Sequence record: ON286972.1
Reading direction: 5' to 3' (one strand)
DNA length: 64,000 nt
Position numbers and translations under genes: made by a program
The notes under the pieces: generated by a model
Told to the model about the DNA's origin: nothing
The model's input: the letters and a program-made list of their open reading frames with translations, nothing else
The model's database searches: none
Shown here: positions 44,224-55,318 of the stretch, piece by piece
Layout: every line of letters starts with the position of its first letter
Position numbering within the stretch: position 1 is the first letter of the stretch

Positions 44224-44588
44224 AAAAAGAAATTAGAATCCAATTCGGTATGAGGAAAAAAGAGGTCATTTGCACACTGAATCATGCGGTCGTGGAAAGG
44301 TTTGATGCATTACAAAAATTCTCCCATTTTGTTCTTGTACTATATGAAAATGGGTCTTTTAAAATCTTCACTTATGATGATTCAAAAAATTATCGTAATG
44401 ATTTTGTAAATCTTACAGTACTGTCAGAAGAGGAATTCTTTCAGGAAAGTACAGTCTGGGATTTACCAGGAGCACCAATTGAATACGTCCGTGCTACACA
44501 GGCAGAAATGATCAAAGCAATGCAGAACTATCCAGAAGATCATATGACTAAGTTTCCTGAATCTATTCATGTAGAGGTTGAGTACTGA
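44220..44588 (+). CDS. FQxS family C protein
   Basis: SD AAGGAG; SEEEFFQESTVWD. Confidence 0.8.
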   Translation: MKKEIRIQFGMRKKEVICTLNHAVVERFDALQKFSHFVLVLYENGSFKIFTYDDSKNYRNDFVNLTVLSEEEFFQESTVWDLPGAPIEYVRATQAEMIKAMQNYPEDHMTKFPESIHVEVEY

Positions 44589-44926
44589 TGGATTTAGTAA
44601 AAGTTACTATAGCCAAACATCAGTACTATGTAATGATTGAGTTAGGTTATAACCACAAGAAAGAACATTTTTATTATCTTACATATGAAAAGAATATGTT
44701 CAAGATAATCACTAATAATTTAGCACGAGATGTATTTCATATTTTTGATTACAGTGATTATAGTGAGGAAGAGTTATTTCAGGAATCATTAGTATGGGAG
44801 TACAATAGAATTGTAGATATTGAAAAGTTAATTAAGTATCAACAACTAATGAAAGATATAATGAATAACTATCCATGTGAACTACAAAGAGAACTGGAAT
44901 TTATTGTCCAATACAAAGAGGTTTAA
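44588..44926 (+). CDS. FQxS family C protein
   Basis: SEEELFQESLVWE. Confidence 0.8.
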   Translation: MDLVKVTIAKHQYYVMIELGYNHKKEHFYYLTYEKNMFKIITNNLARDVFHIFDYSDYSEEELFQESLVWEYNRIVDIEKLIKYQQLMKDIMNNYPCELQRELEFIVQYKEV

Positions 44927-44928
44927 TT

Positions 44929-45465
44929 ATGTTAGATTATGACAGAATAGAGAAAGATGATTGGGACGGTACTCACCATTTAAAGGTTGACACTTTTGAA
45001 CACGCTCGCAGTACTGCTCAAGATCTTATGCAAATCCATGAGTTCATTTGTAATAACAGAGAGACTTCTATTTGGGTAAAATCTGACAGATTTATTGATT
45101 CAAGTTATGATTACTTCAGTATTCGTTCAAGAGGTCTGGATGATGACGGGTACAGTGTTGATATGTTCAATATCAACAAATTTAATGACCCTGAATATGA
45201 TCCAAAATACAGCGGTGGCTTTTTAAGTTATTCACCTGACTATGACAGAATAAAGTTCTTTTATGAAGAGGCAGACATTGTTATACCATTTATAGAAGAA
45301 GAACTTACCGAAGAACTGTTCTTTCAGATGAGTACTGTTGACGACCCGTACATAGTTGGTGTACAATTCATGTTCTCTTGGCTTAAACAGAATAACTTCC
45401 CTCCTTTTTATGTTGACCTTACTTTTTACGATCTAATTTGGAATTTTGTTCGTAATCCATCTTGA
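44929..45465 (+). CDS. FQxS family C protein
   Basis: TEELFFQMSTV. Confidence 0.8.
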   Translation: MLDYDRIEKDDWDGTHHLKVDTFEHARSTAQDLMQIHEFICNNRETSIWVKSDRFIDSSYDYFSIRSRGLDDDGYSVDMFNINKFNDPEYDPKYSGGFLSYSPDYDRIKFFYEEADIVIPFIEEELTEELFFQMSTVDDPYIVGVQFMFSWLKQNNFPPFYVDLTFYDLIWNFVRNPS

Positions 45466-45490
45466 CACCTCCTTCTGTGCATGATATAAT
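45462..45490 (+). promoter_or_regulatory. sigma70-type promoter
   Basis: TTGACA-17-TATAAT with TGn. Confidence 0.8.
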
Positions 45491-45521
45491 CTTTTTCATC
45501 TAATACGAAAAGGATCATATC

Positions 45522-46019
45522 ATGCAATTCAATCCTGAACTCTCATACAGTAATGCTATAACTTTTGCAGACAATTTAATTCGCATTCATAACTTTTTAA
45601 GAGATGTTGAAACTAATTTTGACGTTACATATGTGGACCCCAAAAGTGGAGAGATGTTTACCGATACAGTACAGGTATCCAGTATTCTGTCATTTCGTAT
45701 GCATATGCTATACAGCAAAGTTGAAGCACATAATAATGTAAGAATTCTTGGTTCGTCATTCTTTGGATTCAATGCGAAAGCGAAAGGTACACTTCGTTTT
45801 TATAAAGAATTTTTGGAGTGCGAAGAGATAGATCTCATTGATATCAATGATGAGTGTGAATACTTTCAGTACTGCACAATCTATTCAGAAGATGTGGTTT
45901 TTGCATTAACTGCAATATCTGAATTGCATAAAAAATTACCACCAGATGCCCAATTTTACTTTGACCTTAGTGATTATGATATCATGTTGGATCATATTAA
46001 TCGTGTAGGAGAATTGTAA
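45522..46019 (+). CDS. FQxS family C protein
   Basis: ECEYFQYCTIY. Confidence 0.8.
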   Translation: MQFNPELSYSNAITFADNLIRIHNFLRDVETNFDVTYVDPKSGEMFTDTVQVSSILSFRMHMLYSKVEAHNNVRILGSSFFGFNAKAKGTLRFYKEFLECEEIDLIDINDECEYFQYCTIYSEDVVFALTAISELHKKLPPDAQFYFDLSDYDIMLDHINRVGEL

Positions 46020-46522
46020 TGCCTGATATTAGCAAACTTAATTACGATGAGATTGAACAGTACGCAAAAGATATCTACGAAATCTATGATGAATTCAAGA
46101 ACAATACTACAGCATTTGGTTCAATGTATTCTCGAAAAAAGAGTCTTAACAGGGATAGGAAAAGTTGTTTAACATATACACAGAAATCAGGCGAAATGAT
46201 GGAAATCTTCTGTGAATCATTTGATGATAGTGAATATAGTGTAGGCATGAATTACCTATCTTACTCAAAAGAAGGTGAAGTTGTAGTAGATTTACGTGAT
46301 GAAAAGGGTCGTAATAAAAAGAGTAGTATCAAGGAAGAAGATGTAAAACTAATTTCTGAAGAAGATTACTTTCAGTTAAGTACTACTATGAATATGTTGG
46401 TATTGAATGTCATAACACTCTACGGTTTCCTCCGATATAAGCATGAAATTGAAACTGACTTCTATTTTGATTTGAATGATTTTGAAGTATGCAAGGGATA
46501 TCTAAATGGGAAAAGTAGTTGA
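46019..46522 (+). CDS. FQxS family C protein
   Basis: SEEDYFQLSTT. Confidence 0.8.
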   Translation: MPDISKLNYDEIEQYAKDIYEIYDEFKNNTTAFGSMYSRKKSLNRDRKSCLTYTQKSGEMMEIFCESFDDSEYSVGMNYLSYSKEGEVVVDLRDEKGRNKKSSIKEEDVKLISEEDYFQLSTTMNMLVLNVITLYGFLRYKHEIETDFYFDLNDFEVCKGYLNGKSS

Positions 46523-46844
46523 TATTGAGTACATGCACGATGGTGATGAAATTTTTATTGTCCAAAAAGAATGCAAGGCTGGACATTGGGTTATCTTCTC
46601 TGTAGAAGAGGATGAATCCATTGTATCTTTTATTTCTACTAAACATAAAGATACGAATTTGGAACTTCTTTACAATTTAAGTGAAGAAGAACTATTTCAA
46701 ATGAGCACTACATTTGAATATGATGTATACGAATTATTAGATGTACAGAATATTTTGTTGGAGTCTCTTCAGAAACTAAAACACAAAGATTTATTTCTGG
46801 TTAAATCATTTATGATGCACAAATTTACACTTGAGGTGGATTAA
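46506..46844 (+). CDS. FQxS family C protein
   Basis: SEEELFQMSTT. Confidence 0.8.
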   Translation: MGKVVDIEYMHDGDEIFIVQKECKAGHWVIFSVEEDESIVSFISTKHKDTNLELLYNLSEEELFQMSTTFEYDVYELLDVQNILLESLQKLKHKDLFLVKSFMMHKFTLEVD

Positions 46845-47275
46845 TGTATTTTGAAATTATAAAAGTTAAATCAAAGGCTTTACTTAATACAAGATTTCAA
46901 ACGTATGGTTGCACTCATAGTGTAATGCTGGATGATAATAACGAATTGTATTATTCTAAAGTAACACAACCAGTACCGGAGAATAAATTCTATATCTATT
47001 CTCACAAAGATAACTCACAATATGACATTGAGAATCTCGCTGTAATGCCACCTGACGAGCTATTTCAGTACAGCTTAGTATGTCCTTACCGTGGTGATAT
47101 TGACCTTCTCAAGAAGATTCAGGAGGGTTTAATGGACTTTGTGCCTAAGTCTAACCCTGAATATTTTTCAACTAATGTAGAGTTTTTAAAGATCGAAAGA
47201 GAAATTCCTGATTATATGCTTAGTGATGATGAGTTCTACGATAAGCATTTCCCAGGAAAAAAATGGAGAGATTAA
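46844..47275 (+). CDS. FQxS family C protein
   Basis: PDELFQYSLV. Confidence 0.8.
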   Translation: MYFEIIKVKSKALLNTRFQTYGCTHSVMLDDNNELYYSKVTQPVPENKFYIYSHKDNSQYDIENLAVMPPDELFQYSLVCPYRGDIDLLKKIQEGLMDFVPKSNPEYFSTNVEFLKIEREIPDYMLSDDEFYDKHFPGKKWRD

Positions 47276-47745
47276 TGACATTCCAGGAAGATATTGATTT
47301 TGCAAAAAAGATTTACAAAATTCATCTTATAATGGAAAGTACTGAGTTCCAAAAGCGTTCATATGTCGATAAGATTAAAAGCTGTGATAAAAGTTCATTT
47401 GTCATAAAACTACCCACATTCAAATCCAAAAGAGAGGCCATCTACGCTACGATTTATGATGATTCAGAATACAATCTAATGGATTTGTACATGACCTTTA
47501 CCCCTGGGAATACACTTGTATGTTACTTCCAATGGGAGGAAGAGACAATTGTACTTGATAATATAGGTTCTTATAAGCCTACTGAAGAGACGCACTTTCA
47601 GTTATCTTTGATCTATACAGAAGAAACAGTTCGTGCTATAATGTTGTATTCATATCTCAATAGTGTAAATGCCAGTGCTTTCTATCTGGATTTAGTACAT
47701 CTTGAACTTATTGAGGAATTACTTGCAGAGGAACTTTCTCTATGA
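47263..47745 (+). CDS. FQxS family C protein
   Basis: EETHFQLSLIY. Confidence 0.8.
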   Translation: MERLMTFQEDIDFAKKIYKIHLIMESTEFQKRSYVDKIKSCDKSSFVIKLPTFKSKREAIYATIYDDSEYNLMDLYMTFTPGNTLVCYFQWEEETIVLDNIGSYKPTEETHFQLSLIYTEETVRAIMLYSYLNSVNASAFYLDLVHLELIEELLAEELSL

Positions 47746-48212
47746 TAGAATCCGAAGAGTTAGTACTGGATGGTCACGTTATCCGATACGATTCATATGC
47801 GGCGTGTATTGATTTTGCAAAGATTTTGATGAAGATTTATCATGCTGGTAATAATGGTAAATTTGACAAAGTGTTTGGAAAATCATTTACTCATAATGCA
47901 TGGTATTACGCTGGTACTGAAGTTTTAAACATAGGGGAATCAGTGTGTGATGATGAATCATTCATGAGCTTTGATTACTATTATATTCAGTACCATTCAT
48001 ACCTTGATAAAATTTGTGTTCATGACAGTGATTTTAAAGTATTACCTTCATATATTGAAATATGTAATGAAGAGATGTACTTTCAAAACTCATTATTATA
48101 TACAAGTAATATACTTTTACTATCTGTGATTGTGACATACTTAAGAAGCGAAGGACTTAATTCCTTTTATATTGATTTGGATTTCTTTAATACATTTTTG
48201 GAACATTTATAA
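47742..48212 (+). CDS. FQxS family C protein
   Basis: EEMYFQNSLLY. Confidence 0.8.
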   Translation: MIESEELVLDGHVIRYDSYAACIDFAKILMKIYHAGNNGKFDKVFGKSFTHNAWYYAGTEVLNIGESVCDDESFMSFDYYYIQYHSYLDKICVHDSDFKVLPSYIEICNEEMYFQNSLLYTSNILLLSVIVTYLRSEGLNSFYIDLDFFNTFLEHL

Positions 48213-48221
48213 AGGTGCTAT

Positions 48222-48728
48222 ATGTCGAGGAAACTATCAGAACTAATAAAGTTCGCAAAGGATTGTCTTGATACAATAACTTATTTGTACGTTAATGAAG
48301 TTAATTTGCATAGATATTTCGCTATCCATCACAGTACTGAATCGTCTTTCAATATTCGTCACGGTGCTCATAGTATATATTTTCATACTAAAGCTGAAGA
48401 TCGTCTGGCTCATTCTATGTTTGAGAAAGGTAAAACAGACTATATTCTATTTCGTTCAGATGGTTCTGATATAAAATATATTTCACACCAAAGAGGAAAA
48501 GCACAATTTATTAATCATATACTTCCGTACATTACGGATTTAACGGATGAAAATTATTTCCAAAATTCATTAATTTACAATGACTCTGAACTTAAAGCTA
48601 TGTTTATTCTATCGTACTTTAAAAAATATAGTGAGTTTCAGAGAATTAGTTTTGAATTTGCTTCAATGAAGCACTTTATTAAACAGGTAAGGATTTTAAA
48701 AAATGCTGACAAACGAAACAATAGATAA
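48222..48728 (+). CDS. FQxS family C protein
   Basis: DENYFQNSLIY. Confidence 0.8.
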   Translation: MSRKLSELIKFAKDCLDTITYLYVNEVNLHRYFAIHHSTESSFNIRHGAHSIYFHTKAEDRLAHSMFEKGKTDYILFRSDGSDIKYISHQRGKAQFINHILPYITDLTDENYFQNSLIYNDSELKAMFILSYFKKYSEFQRISFEFASMKHFIKQVRILKNADKRNNR

Positions 48729-49317
48729 AATTAGTCAGATAAGTTTAGAACTAATTCGTATTCATGAATTTGCATGGCGTCTAACAAATCGTGTTATTTC
48801 ATTTCATACCAGTACTGAACAAAATTCTACATACAAATTTGACCGTGGTGACAAATGGTTTGATTTAATGGATGAAAATGATAAATGTATCATCTGCGTA
48901 AGAACTGAATTGACCGACCGCAACAGTGCAAGAGATTTAGATATATATATGCCCGGTTCTTATATTTGTATCTCAAGAAGCGATGGTATTTTTATTAGTT
49001 CATCTGGACTTAATTATCTTAATAAAGTCTACATTGATATGGATGAAGAAGAAGAATACTATGTTACAACACATGAACCTGAATTTCTGGATATTCCAGA
49101 TGATGATGTACTCGACGAAACATTGTTTCAGTACTCATTAATTCACAATGCCTGTGTTATTGATGCTATTAAATTTTGTAAAAATCTATCCCCTAAATTA
49201 CCATTAACAAAGTATATCAAATTAGAACCTGAAATATTCAAAGAACAGGACTGGGATGGGTTATTACTTAAATTAAAAAGTATTACTGAAGAAAACATAT
49301 GTACAATTGAGGATTAA
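48703..49317 (+). CDS. FQxS family C protein
   Basis: DETLFQYSLIH. Confidence 0.8.
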   Translation: MLTNETIDKISQISLELIRIHEFAWRLTNRVISFHTSTEQNSTYKFDRGDKWFDLMDENDKCIICVRTELTDRNSARDLDIYMPGSYICISRSDGIFISSSGLNYLNKVYIDMDEEEEYYVTTHEPEFLDIPDDDVLDETLFQYSLIHNACVIDAIKFCKNLSPKLPLTKYIKLEPEIFKEQDWDGLLLKLKSITEENICTIED

Positions 49318-49321
49318 TTGA

Positions 49322-49954
49322 ATGAGTTCAAAAAGAAAACCAATTTCAAAGTACGTTTTTCATCGCCTAGAATATAAGCACTGCATTGCGTATGCACGAG
49401 CCTTAACGGACATATTACCACGTCTGAAAGATGATAAGTTCCTTGAATGTTATGACATGCGTTTTCATAACAATGTTCTTGAGTACATAGAATCAGATGA
49501 TAGTGAGTTGAATGAAGTATGGCTTGATTTCAGTCCTAGTGGTTTAGATAAAAATAGAGTTGGTAATTTGGGACCATTTTTTACGCACTGCTTGAACTTC
49601 GATTTGTCAGATAAAACATTAGTACTGGACAGTAATGAGGTACTTAGATTAAACCTCAATGATATGGATTATTCAGAAGAATCATTCTTTCAATATAGTT
49701 TATTATATGAACCGAATGATTTATTATATACTATTGTTTTCCCATATCTACATGAGCACCTTAAAGGTACTAAAGTTCAAAGAGCAGACATTGCCTTTAG
49801 TTTAGTAAATTTATTCAAGTACAGTGATGTGTTCAAAGAAATATGTATTGAAGGTGGTTACTTCGATGACCTTGCTGATTTGAATAACATGGCGTTTGAA
49901 AATGATAATTATTTTAACGATACCTATATAGGCGGTTCGAGGATAATGAAATGA
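49322..49954 (+). CDS. FQxS family C protein
   Basis: EESFFQYSLLY. Confidence 0.8.
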   Translation: MSSKRKPISKYVFHRLEYKHCIAYARALTDILPRLKDDKFLECYDMRFHNNVLEYIESDDSELNEVWLDFSPSGLDKNRVGNLGPFFTHCLNFDLSDKTLVLDSNEVLRLNLNDMDYSEESFFQYSLLYEPNDLLYTIVFPYLHEHLKGTKVQRADIAFSLVNLFKYSDVFKEICIEGGYFDDLADLNNMAFENDNYFNDTYIGGSRIMK

Positions 49955-50502
49955 GTCTCCCATTAACAATAAACCCAGTACTAAAAGATCTATCTAAAGT
50001 TATTATGAACTTTTTTCCTATTGTACTACAAGATATAAAACCTATATCAAATCTTGGTTCATGTTATATTCGACACAGTAATAATAAAAACGGTTCTATA
50101 GGTACTTTGTACATTAGTGATAGTTCATTGTTTCTTTTGCACCCTGAGTTATCAGATGAAGAAATACAAGATGGATGCTCGGAGGCACAGAATCGTGTAC
50201 TCACACGTTATCCATATGTGTACATAAGCAGCATTAAACATAAAAATCTTGCTAATAACTTTTGCCAATGCAATCACGGTGATAACTTAATAGATTTAAA
50301 TGTTGACGATGGGGTGCTTTTCCAGTACAGTACTCTATATGATCAGTTAACAATGGATATCATTGAGTTGGATAAGTTAGTGCGTGATTACATCCCTGAT
50401 GGTTTCTATCTTACAATGGATCTTAATGTACTGAATTCCGTAATGGAACAAGGCACTCTACCAAACATTCTGAGAGACTTACGAGCATTTAAAAGACCCT
50501 GA
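49951..50502 (+). CDS. FQxS family C protein
   Basis: DGVLFQYSTLY. Confidence 0.8.
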   Translation: MSLPLTINPVLKDLSKVIMNFFPIVLQDIKPISNLGSCYIRHSNNKNGSIGTLYISDSSLFLLHPELSDEEIQDGCSEAQNRVLTRYPYVYISSIKHKNLANNFCQCNHGDNLIDLNVDDGVLFQYSTLYDQLTMDIIELDKLVRDYIPDGFYLTMDLNVLNSVMEQGTLPNILRDLRAFKRP

Positions 50503-50515
50503 TGGGTCTTTTTTC
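50493..50515 (+). terminator. intrinsic terminator
   Basis: AAGACCC-tgat-GGGTCTT + TTTT. Confidence 0.8.
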
Positions 50516-50524
50516 GTTTATAGG

Positions 50525-50553
50525 TTGACATTAGTAATGTAGAATGTTAGAAT
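50525..50553 (+). promoter_or_regulatory. sigma70-type promoter for the MCP operon
   Basis: TTGACA-17-TAGAAT with TGn. Confidence 0.8.
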
Positions 50554-50584
50554 ATTGTAACCTATTTAAAAGAGAGCGTATTTT

Positions 50585-51133
50585 ATGGACAGCATTGTAA
50601 ATATTATTGAATGCATGATTTATATTTTTAAAAACAGTCCTGATAATGAGACTGTTAATTTTGAGTTAGGTGAATTAAATATCAACCCAAAAGAATCTCC
50701 ATCAGTATATTCTAATATTACATTGTTCATTAGTGGTTTAGGTTATGTCGTAAAGATCATTAATGCAACACAACGTAGACAAGAATACAAGATGGAAATT
50801 CTACGCGGAGATAGTGAAATTCGTCTATATAATGTATCACGCTACACTAAGATACTGGTAAAACATTCTTATGAAGATGACGAGAAGTTAGCTGTAGCTA
50901 AAATTGATTCAAACACTTTCAAAGAACAAATGTTCATGGCTGCTATGTCATATGATCAATTAACTTATAATAAGCTAGAAATGGGTTATAAATTACTTAG
51001 GTTATTAGAAGATCATTATGAAATTACAATTATGGACAAATTGCTTACCAAAAGCCAAGAGGAACTAGAGAAAATGCATTTGTTATTAAAAAAATATATT
51101 GATGATAATTTAAATTATGGAGAAGTACGTTGA
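50585..51133 (+). CDS. hypothetical protein (divergent family C)
   Basis: KEQMFMAAM at the motif position. Confidence 0.8.
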   Translation: MDSIVNIIECMIYIFKNSPDNETVNFELGELNINPKESPSVYSNITLFISGLGYVVKIINATQRRQEYKMEILRGDSEIRLYNVSRYTKILVKHSYEDDEKLAVAKIDSNTFKEQMFMAAMSYDQLTYNKLEMGYKLLRLLEDHYEITIMDKLLTKSQEELEKMHLLLKKYIDDNLNYGEVR

Positions 51134-52542
51134 AAAGTAATTTAGAAAATATACGCAAAAAAGCCGATAATTTAGTACTATGTTGTATAGGGGCTTTATT
51201 TGCTGTTACTTTAGTTTCCGGTGTTGTTCATGGTAGTTTTATTATTGCACTTATCGGTGCAGTTTTATTATTAGTAATGCTAACTCCTTTACTATTTGTT
51301 GAAAGTAATGCATTCACTCGAACGTTATTAAGTATAAATGTGATGTGCTGGAGTGCGTTACTAATACATCTTGGCTTAGGGATGGTGGAATGGCACTTTA
51401 CAGTTTTTGTCTTTTTAAGTTTATTGATTGTATGGCGTGACTGGCGTTGTGTATTAGCAGGTTCAGTACTGATAGCAATACATCATTTATTATTTGGATT
51501 GTTGCAGGGTGCTGGAATTCCAATATTATTCGTGTTTTCTTTTCACCATATTTCGTTATGGCACATTATAGAGCACGCAATATATGTAGTAGTACAGGCA
51601 ATAGTTCTGATGTACGTTGCGTACATTATGGAGAAAGATGCAAATGAAGCAGATGAAATTCAACGAATTGCAAGATCAGTGAATTCTGAAGACGGCAATA
51701 TTACTTTAGAAATACAAAATAATCATTTCAACTCCGAATTTGCACAGACTTTTAGTAAAACAATATCAGCTATGCGTGAGGCAATTGAACAAGTACAAAT
51801 TACAGTTCAGTCAATGAAAAGCAACTCCTATCATCTCGAAAGTAAAAGTAATGATTTAGCTTTCAGAACTGAAACACAAGGACAGGCACTCACTCAAATC
51901 GCTGCTGCTATGGAAGAATTAAGTGCTACATCTGCAAATACATCTGATAACTCCAATACTGCAAAAAGTATGGTTAAAACTACAAAAGAATCCAGTACTA
52001 ATGCAATTGAAAGTATTAATAATTGCAAAGAGCAGATGAATAGAATTAAGGAAGATTCTAATGCTATAGTTGCTATACTCAAAAATATAGAAACTATTGC
52101 TTTCCAGACTAATATTCTTTCTTTAAATGCAAGCATTGAGGCTGCTAAAGCGGGTGAACATGGACGTGGATTCTCTGTTGTTGCACAGGAAGTTCGTAAC
52201 TTAGCAATGAAATGTGATACATGTAGTAAAGAAATTAAAGAAATCGTTGATAACTCCGTAAAAAACAACAACCAAGGAATTGAACAAATCAACGAGACAG
52301 CAAGTGATATTGATTCTATTGTAAAAAATGTTGATTCTCTCTTGCAGTTCATTGATGATTTAGCTATAATGGCTGAACAACAAAGTATTGCAATCCTTCA
52401 GGTCACTGAGAGTGTTAATATGATGGACCGTTCAGTACAGCAAAATGCGGAGCATGTCAAGGACACAATGCTGATGGTAGACAATCAACAGTCTGAAGTA
52501 CATGCTTTACAAAAAGCCACTTCGATTTTTAACGTGAAATAA
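51130..52542 (+). CDS. methyl-accepting chemotaxis protein
   Basis: Multi-TM His-rich sensor (EWHF, RDWR, IHH), HAMP-like linker, canonical [37 protein letters not shown] signalling tip; TTG start. Confidence 0.95.
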   Translation: MKSNLENIRKKADNLVLCCIGALFAVTLVSGVVHGSFIIALIGAVLLLVMLTPLLFVESNAFTRTLLSINVMCWSALLIHLGLGMVEWHFTVFVFLSLLIVWRDWRCVLAGSVLIAIHHLLFGLLQGAGIPILFVFSFHHISLWHIIEHAIYVVVQAIVLMYVAYIMEKDANEADEIQRIARSVNSEDGNITLEIQNNHFNSEFAQTFSKTISAMREAIEQVQITVQSMKSNSYHLESKSNDLAFRTETQGQALTQIAAAMEELSATSANTSDNSNTAKSMVKTTKESSTNAIESINNCKEQMNRIKEDSNAIVAILKNIETIAFQTNILSLNASIEAAKAGEHGRGFSVVAQEVRNLAMKCDTCSKEIKEIVDNSVKNNNQGIEQINETASDIDSIVKNVDSLLQFIDDLAIMAEQQSIAILQVTESVNMMDRSVQQNAEHVKDTMLMVDNQQSEVHALQKATSIFNVK

Positions 52543-52547
52543 TTTTA

Positions 52548-52587
52548 AAGCCAGGGTATTGACTCTGGCTTTTTTCTTTGCTATTAT
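52548..52587 (+). terminator. intrinsic terminator containing the -35 of the next promoter
   Basis: AGCCAGGG-tatt-GACTCTGGCT-TTTTT; TTGACT-17-TATTAT. Confidence 0.75.
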
Positions 52588-52615
52588 TTTAATATTATTT
52601 AACCGAGGATATCAT

Positions 52616-53170
52616 ATGGACAATTACCTATTAATCTTACAAATTTACAACGAACTGGGAAAACTTCTTGAAACGTGTAATTCACCGGGACGTAAATTAA
52701 GAATCGGTTTCGATTATGAAATTGAATACACAGGAGAGGGTATTGCAACGCAGCAGATGTTCACAGAAGAAAATAAAACTATTCTGTGCATTTACCCACA
52801 TGAAGGTGATGAGGAAGACTGTGTTGTTGATTTTTCATATGACAGTTCTTGGGCTTTTATTTCACGTAATCCTCGAATGAAAGAGGCAGTGGATTACAAA
52901 GAACCATCATATGATCCTATTGCGTTGTTCAGTACTGAGAATTTAGAAGAACAAAATTTCCAGAGTTCTGTAACTCACGATAAATTAATCACTGATGCAC
53001 TTACGATTGAAGCTTTAGCACGTAACTATAAATTTGATTTCAATCTCAATAATTATTATATGTCATATAGTGCAACAGCATCATTACTCACTGATGATCA
53101 ATTAGTAGTATTACTCAAGGACTTGAAAAACTACGCACAAACGAGAAAAGAACATGAAAACACTAATTGA
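52616..53170 (+). CDS. FQxS family C protein
   Basis: SD GAGG; EEQNFQSSV. Confidence 0.8.
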   Translation: MDNYLLILQIYNELGKLLETCNSPGRKLRIGFDYEIEYTGEGIATQQMFTEENKTILCIYPHEGDEEDCVVDFSYDSSWAFISRNPRMKEAVDYKEPSYDPIALFSTENLEEQNFQSSVTHDKLITDALTIEALARNYKFDFNLNNYYMSYSATASLLTDDQLVVLLKDLKNYAQTRKEHENTN

Positions 53171-53726
53171 TATTTTTAAAGTACTAGAAGAACTTACTCA
53201 TAAGTTAGATGAACAAAAAAGAACTGAGAATATTTTTCATTACTTCAACAATCCAATGTACCGATTAGTTTTTGATTGCAGTACTTTGTATCGTTATGCT
53301 AATATCCAAATACAACACTGCATTCAACATAAAACCAAAAATATATGGTCAGTTGATGCTTCTTATGTGGCATCAGGCAGAGAGAGTAAATTTCTGGGTT
53401 CAGTTTCTGATTGTAGTCTTACGGTTAATAAACTTAAAGAAACTAACGAATTAATCGTCAGAAATTTGTACGATGATTATTATGATGATGAAGAATATCT
53501 TCATATTGCACCTGAGCTACAAAATCCAGAAGAGCGAGAAGCATATCTTTTCCAGTTGTCGTTGCTTCCTGGTTATGATATGATAGCTAAAGCTGATTTT
53601 GTATATCAACTATCAATGCAACTTGGTAGTGGGGAGTGTTCTGCTTTCAATAATCTATACAATGAAAGTACTGAAACACAAGAAGAATTATTGGAGGAAT
53701 TAAATGCATTTCTCAAATCTTTATAA
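53154..53726 (+). CDS. FQxS family C protein
   Basis: EAYLFQLSLL. Confidence 0.8.
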   Translation: MKTLIDIFKVLEELTHKLDEQKRTENIFHYFNNPMYRLVFDCSTLYRYANIQIQHCIQHKTKNIWSVDASYVASGRESKFLGSVSDCSLTVNKLKETNELIVRNLYDDYYDDEEYLHIAPELQNPEEREAYLFQLSLLPGYDMIAKADFVYQLSMQLGSGECSAFNNLYNESTETQEELLEELNAFLKSL

Positions 53727-54282
53727 TTACATGTCCGAAGAGTATCAATATTACACTAAGATGGTTTTGAAAGTGAATGCTATTCTTAATAGTGATTTAT
53801 GTAAAACTAAAAAGACATTTAATCTCCCATATATGCGTTTGGCGATTACTAAAGACCAGGAAGGTATGTATGATCATGCAGTAGTTTTGATGAATGATCT
53901 ACGTGTCTTTCTGATAATTAAGTACAATAAAGAAGATTTAACCAATAACGATGGGTACATTAACTACGATTATATTATTGGAGGAAATGCTGAAGTTCCA
54001 GGGACAAGTGAATTTGCAGGGATTGTTATTTCAGGTAAAAAAATTCCAAAGATTAATCTTAACAGTAGTACTATAGAAGAAGAACTATTCCAGTTAAGTA
54101 CTATGTACAGTACTAACGAATTGGATTTATTACTTTTCAGTACAATCGTCAATCATGAACTGGATAAGAAAGACAAATACTGTCCATTACAACAAATTGT
54201 TCATCGTTTTAAACGTAGTGAATTTAAAAGAATTCATGAAGGTCTGGACAGTCTTATCAACAATACTGGGGAGTTCTCATGA
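53704..54282 (+). CDS. FQxS family C protein
   Basis: EEELFQLSTMY. Confidence 0.8.
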   Translation: MHFSNLYNYMSEEYQYYTKMVLKVNAILNSDLCKTKKTFNLPYMRLAITKDQEGMYDHAVVLMNDLRVFLIIKYNKEDLTNNDGYINYDYIIGGNAEVPGTSEFAGIVISGKKIPKINLNSSTIEEELFQLSTMYSTNELDLLLFSTIVNHELDKKDKYCPLQQIVHRFKRSEFKRIHEGLDSLINNTGEFS

Positions 54283-54839
54283 AATATAGTCTTTACAGTA
54301 GAGGAAAGTTTCTTGAGAAGTTCATTGAAGATTGTGTAGCTGCACTGAGTTTAATTCGTGAAGGTGAATACATTAAAGTCAATCACACTGTACTAAGAGA
54401 TCTTAATTTTTTTCTGAGTGGTGATTTGAATAATGATATGCACTTCACAATAACGTACAACCACAAAGATATCATTGAAATCAATACACAACAACGACAC
54501 ATAAAAGAATACACCCGATTACGCAATACCAAGACAAAGCGTGTAGTAATCAAAAAAGGTGATGTAGAGTTGATGTGTAAAGATAGTACTGCAATAGATA
54601 TCAGTACTTACTTCGATAATGAAGAAGATATGGATTGTGATTGCTTCCAGAAGAGTTTAATTATTGATGATCCGTATGTACTGTACGGTGCAGTACTGGC
54701 TCCGTTCTGTCAGAAGAACTTACCAGATGGATGTACGGTTGAATTGAACTTGACAGAACTCATGAATGATGATATATTTGAGTACATGAGTACTAACTCC
54801 AAGGCAATGATTGAACATATTAAGGCAATCCAATGTTAA
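54279..54839 (+). CDS. FQxS family C protein
   Basis: DCDCFQKSLII. Confidence 0.8.
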   Translation: MKYSLYSRGKFLEKFIEDCVAALSLIREGEYIKVNHTVLRDLNFFLSGDLNNDMHFTITYNHKDIIEINTQQRHIKEYTRLRNTKTKRVVIKKGDVELMCKDSTAIDISTYFDNEEDMDCDCFQKSLIIDDPYVLYGAVLAPFCQKNLPDGCTVELNLTELMNDDIFEYMSTNSKAMIEHIKAIQC

Positions 54840-55318
54840 ATCCAGCAGACGTTATTAAATTTTGTAAAATTCTTGAGAAGTATTCTCATAAATTTGTGCA
54901 CGAAGTACAGATAATGATTGATGGCATTCCCTTTAACTTCGTGAAAAACAACGACATTATATCTGTGTTCTGTGGCTCATGGACATTTTGTGAACTCAAC
55001 TGTCAAGAATCTCAAAATGTTATTGTGAAACGAAACATGATCCTATCAAGGGAAAGTTCAGTATTCATTGAACCAAGTGGTGAAATCATATACGAGAAAA
55101 AGAACGGCGACAGAACTTTAGATGATTTTATGGCTGAATTGAGCCTTGATAATGAGTTTCATAGAAATGCAGTTCTGATACATAGTGCTATGGTGCATGA
55201 AACTAATTTAAATTCTATATCAATTAATTTCGGTGTTTATTCTTATTACAAATTTACATTTGATATGATATTTCAAACACTTAACAAACATCCTATATTC
55301 TGGAAATGCAATGAATAA
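54833..55318 (+). CDS. hypothetical protein
   Basis: Tiled ORF. Confidence 0.75.
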   Translation: MLNPADVIKFCKILEKYSHKFVHEVQIMIDGIPFNFVKNNDIISVFCGSWTFCELNCQESQNVIVKRNMILSRESSVFIEPSGEIIYEKKNGDRTLDDFMAELSLDNEFHRNAVLIHSAMVHETNLNSISINFGVYSYYKFTFDMIFQTLNKHPIFWKCNE

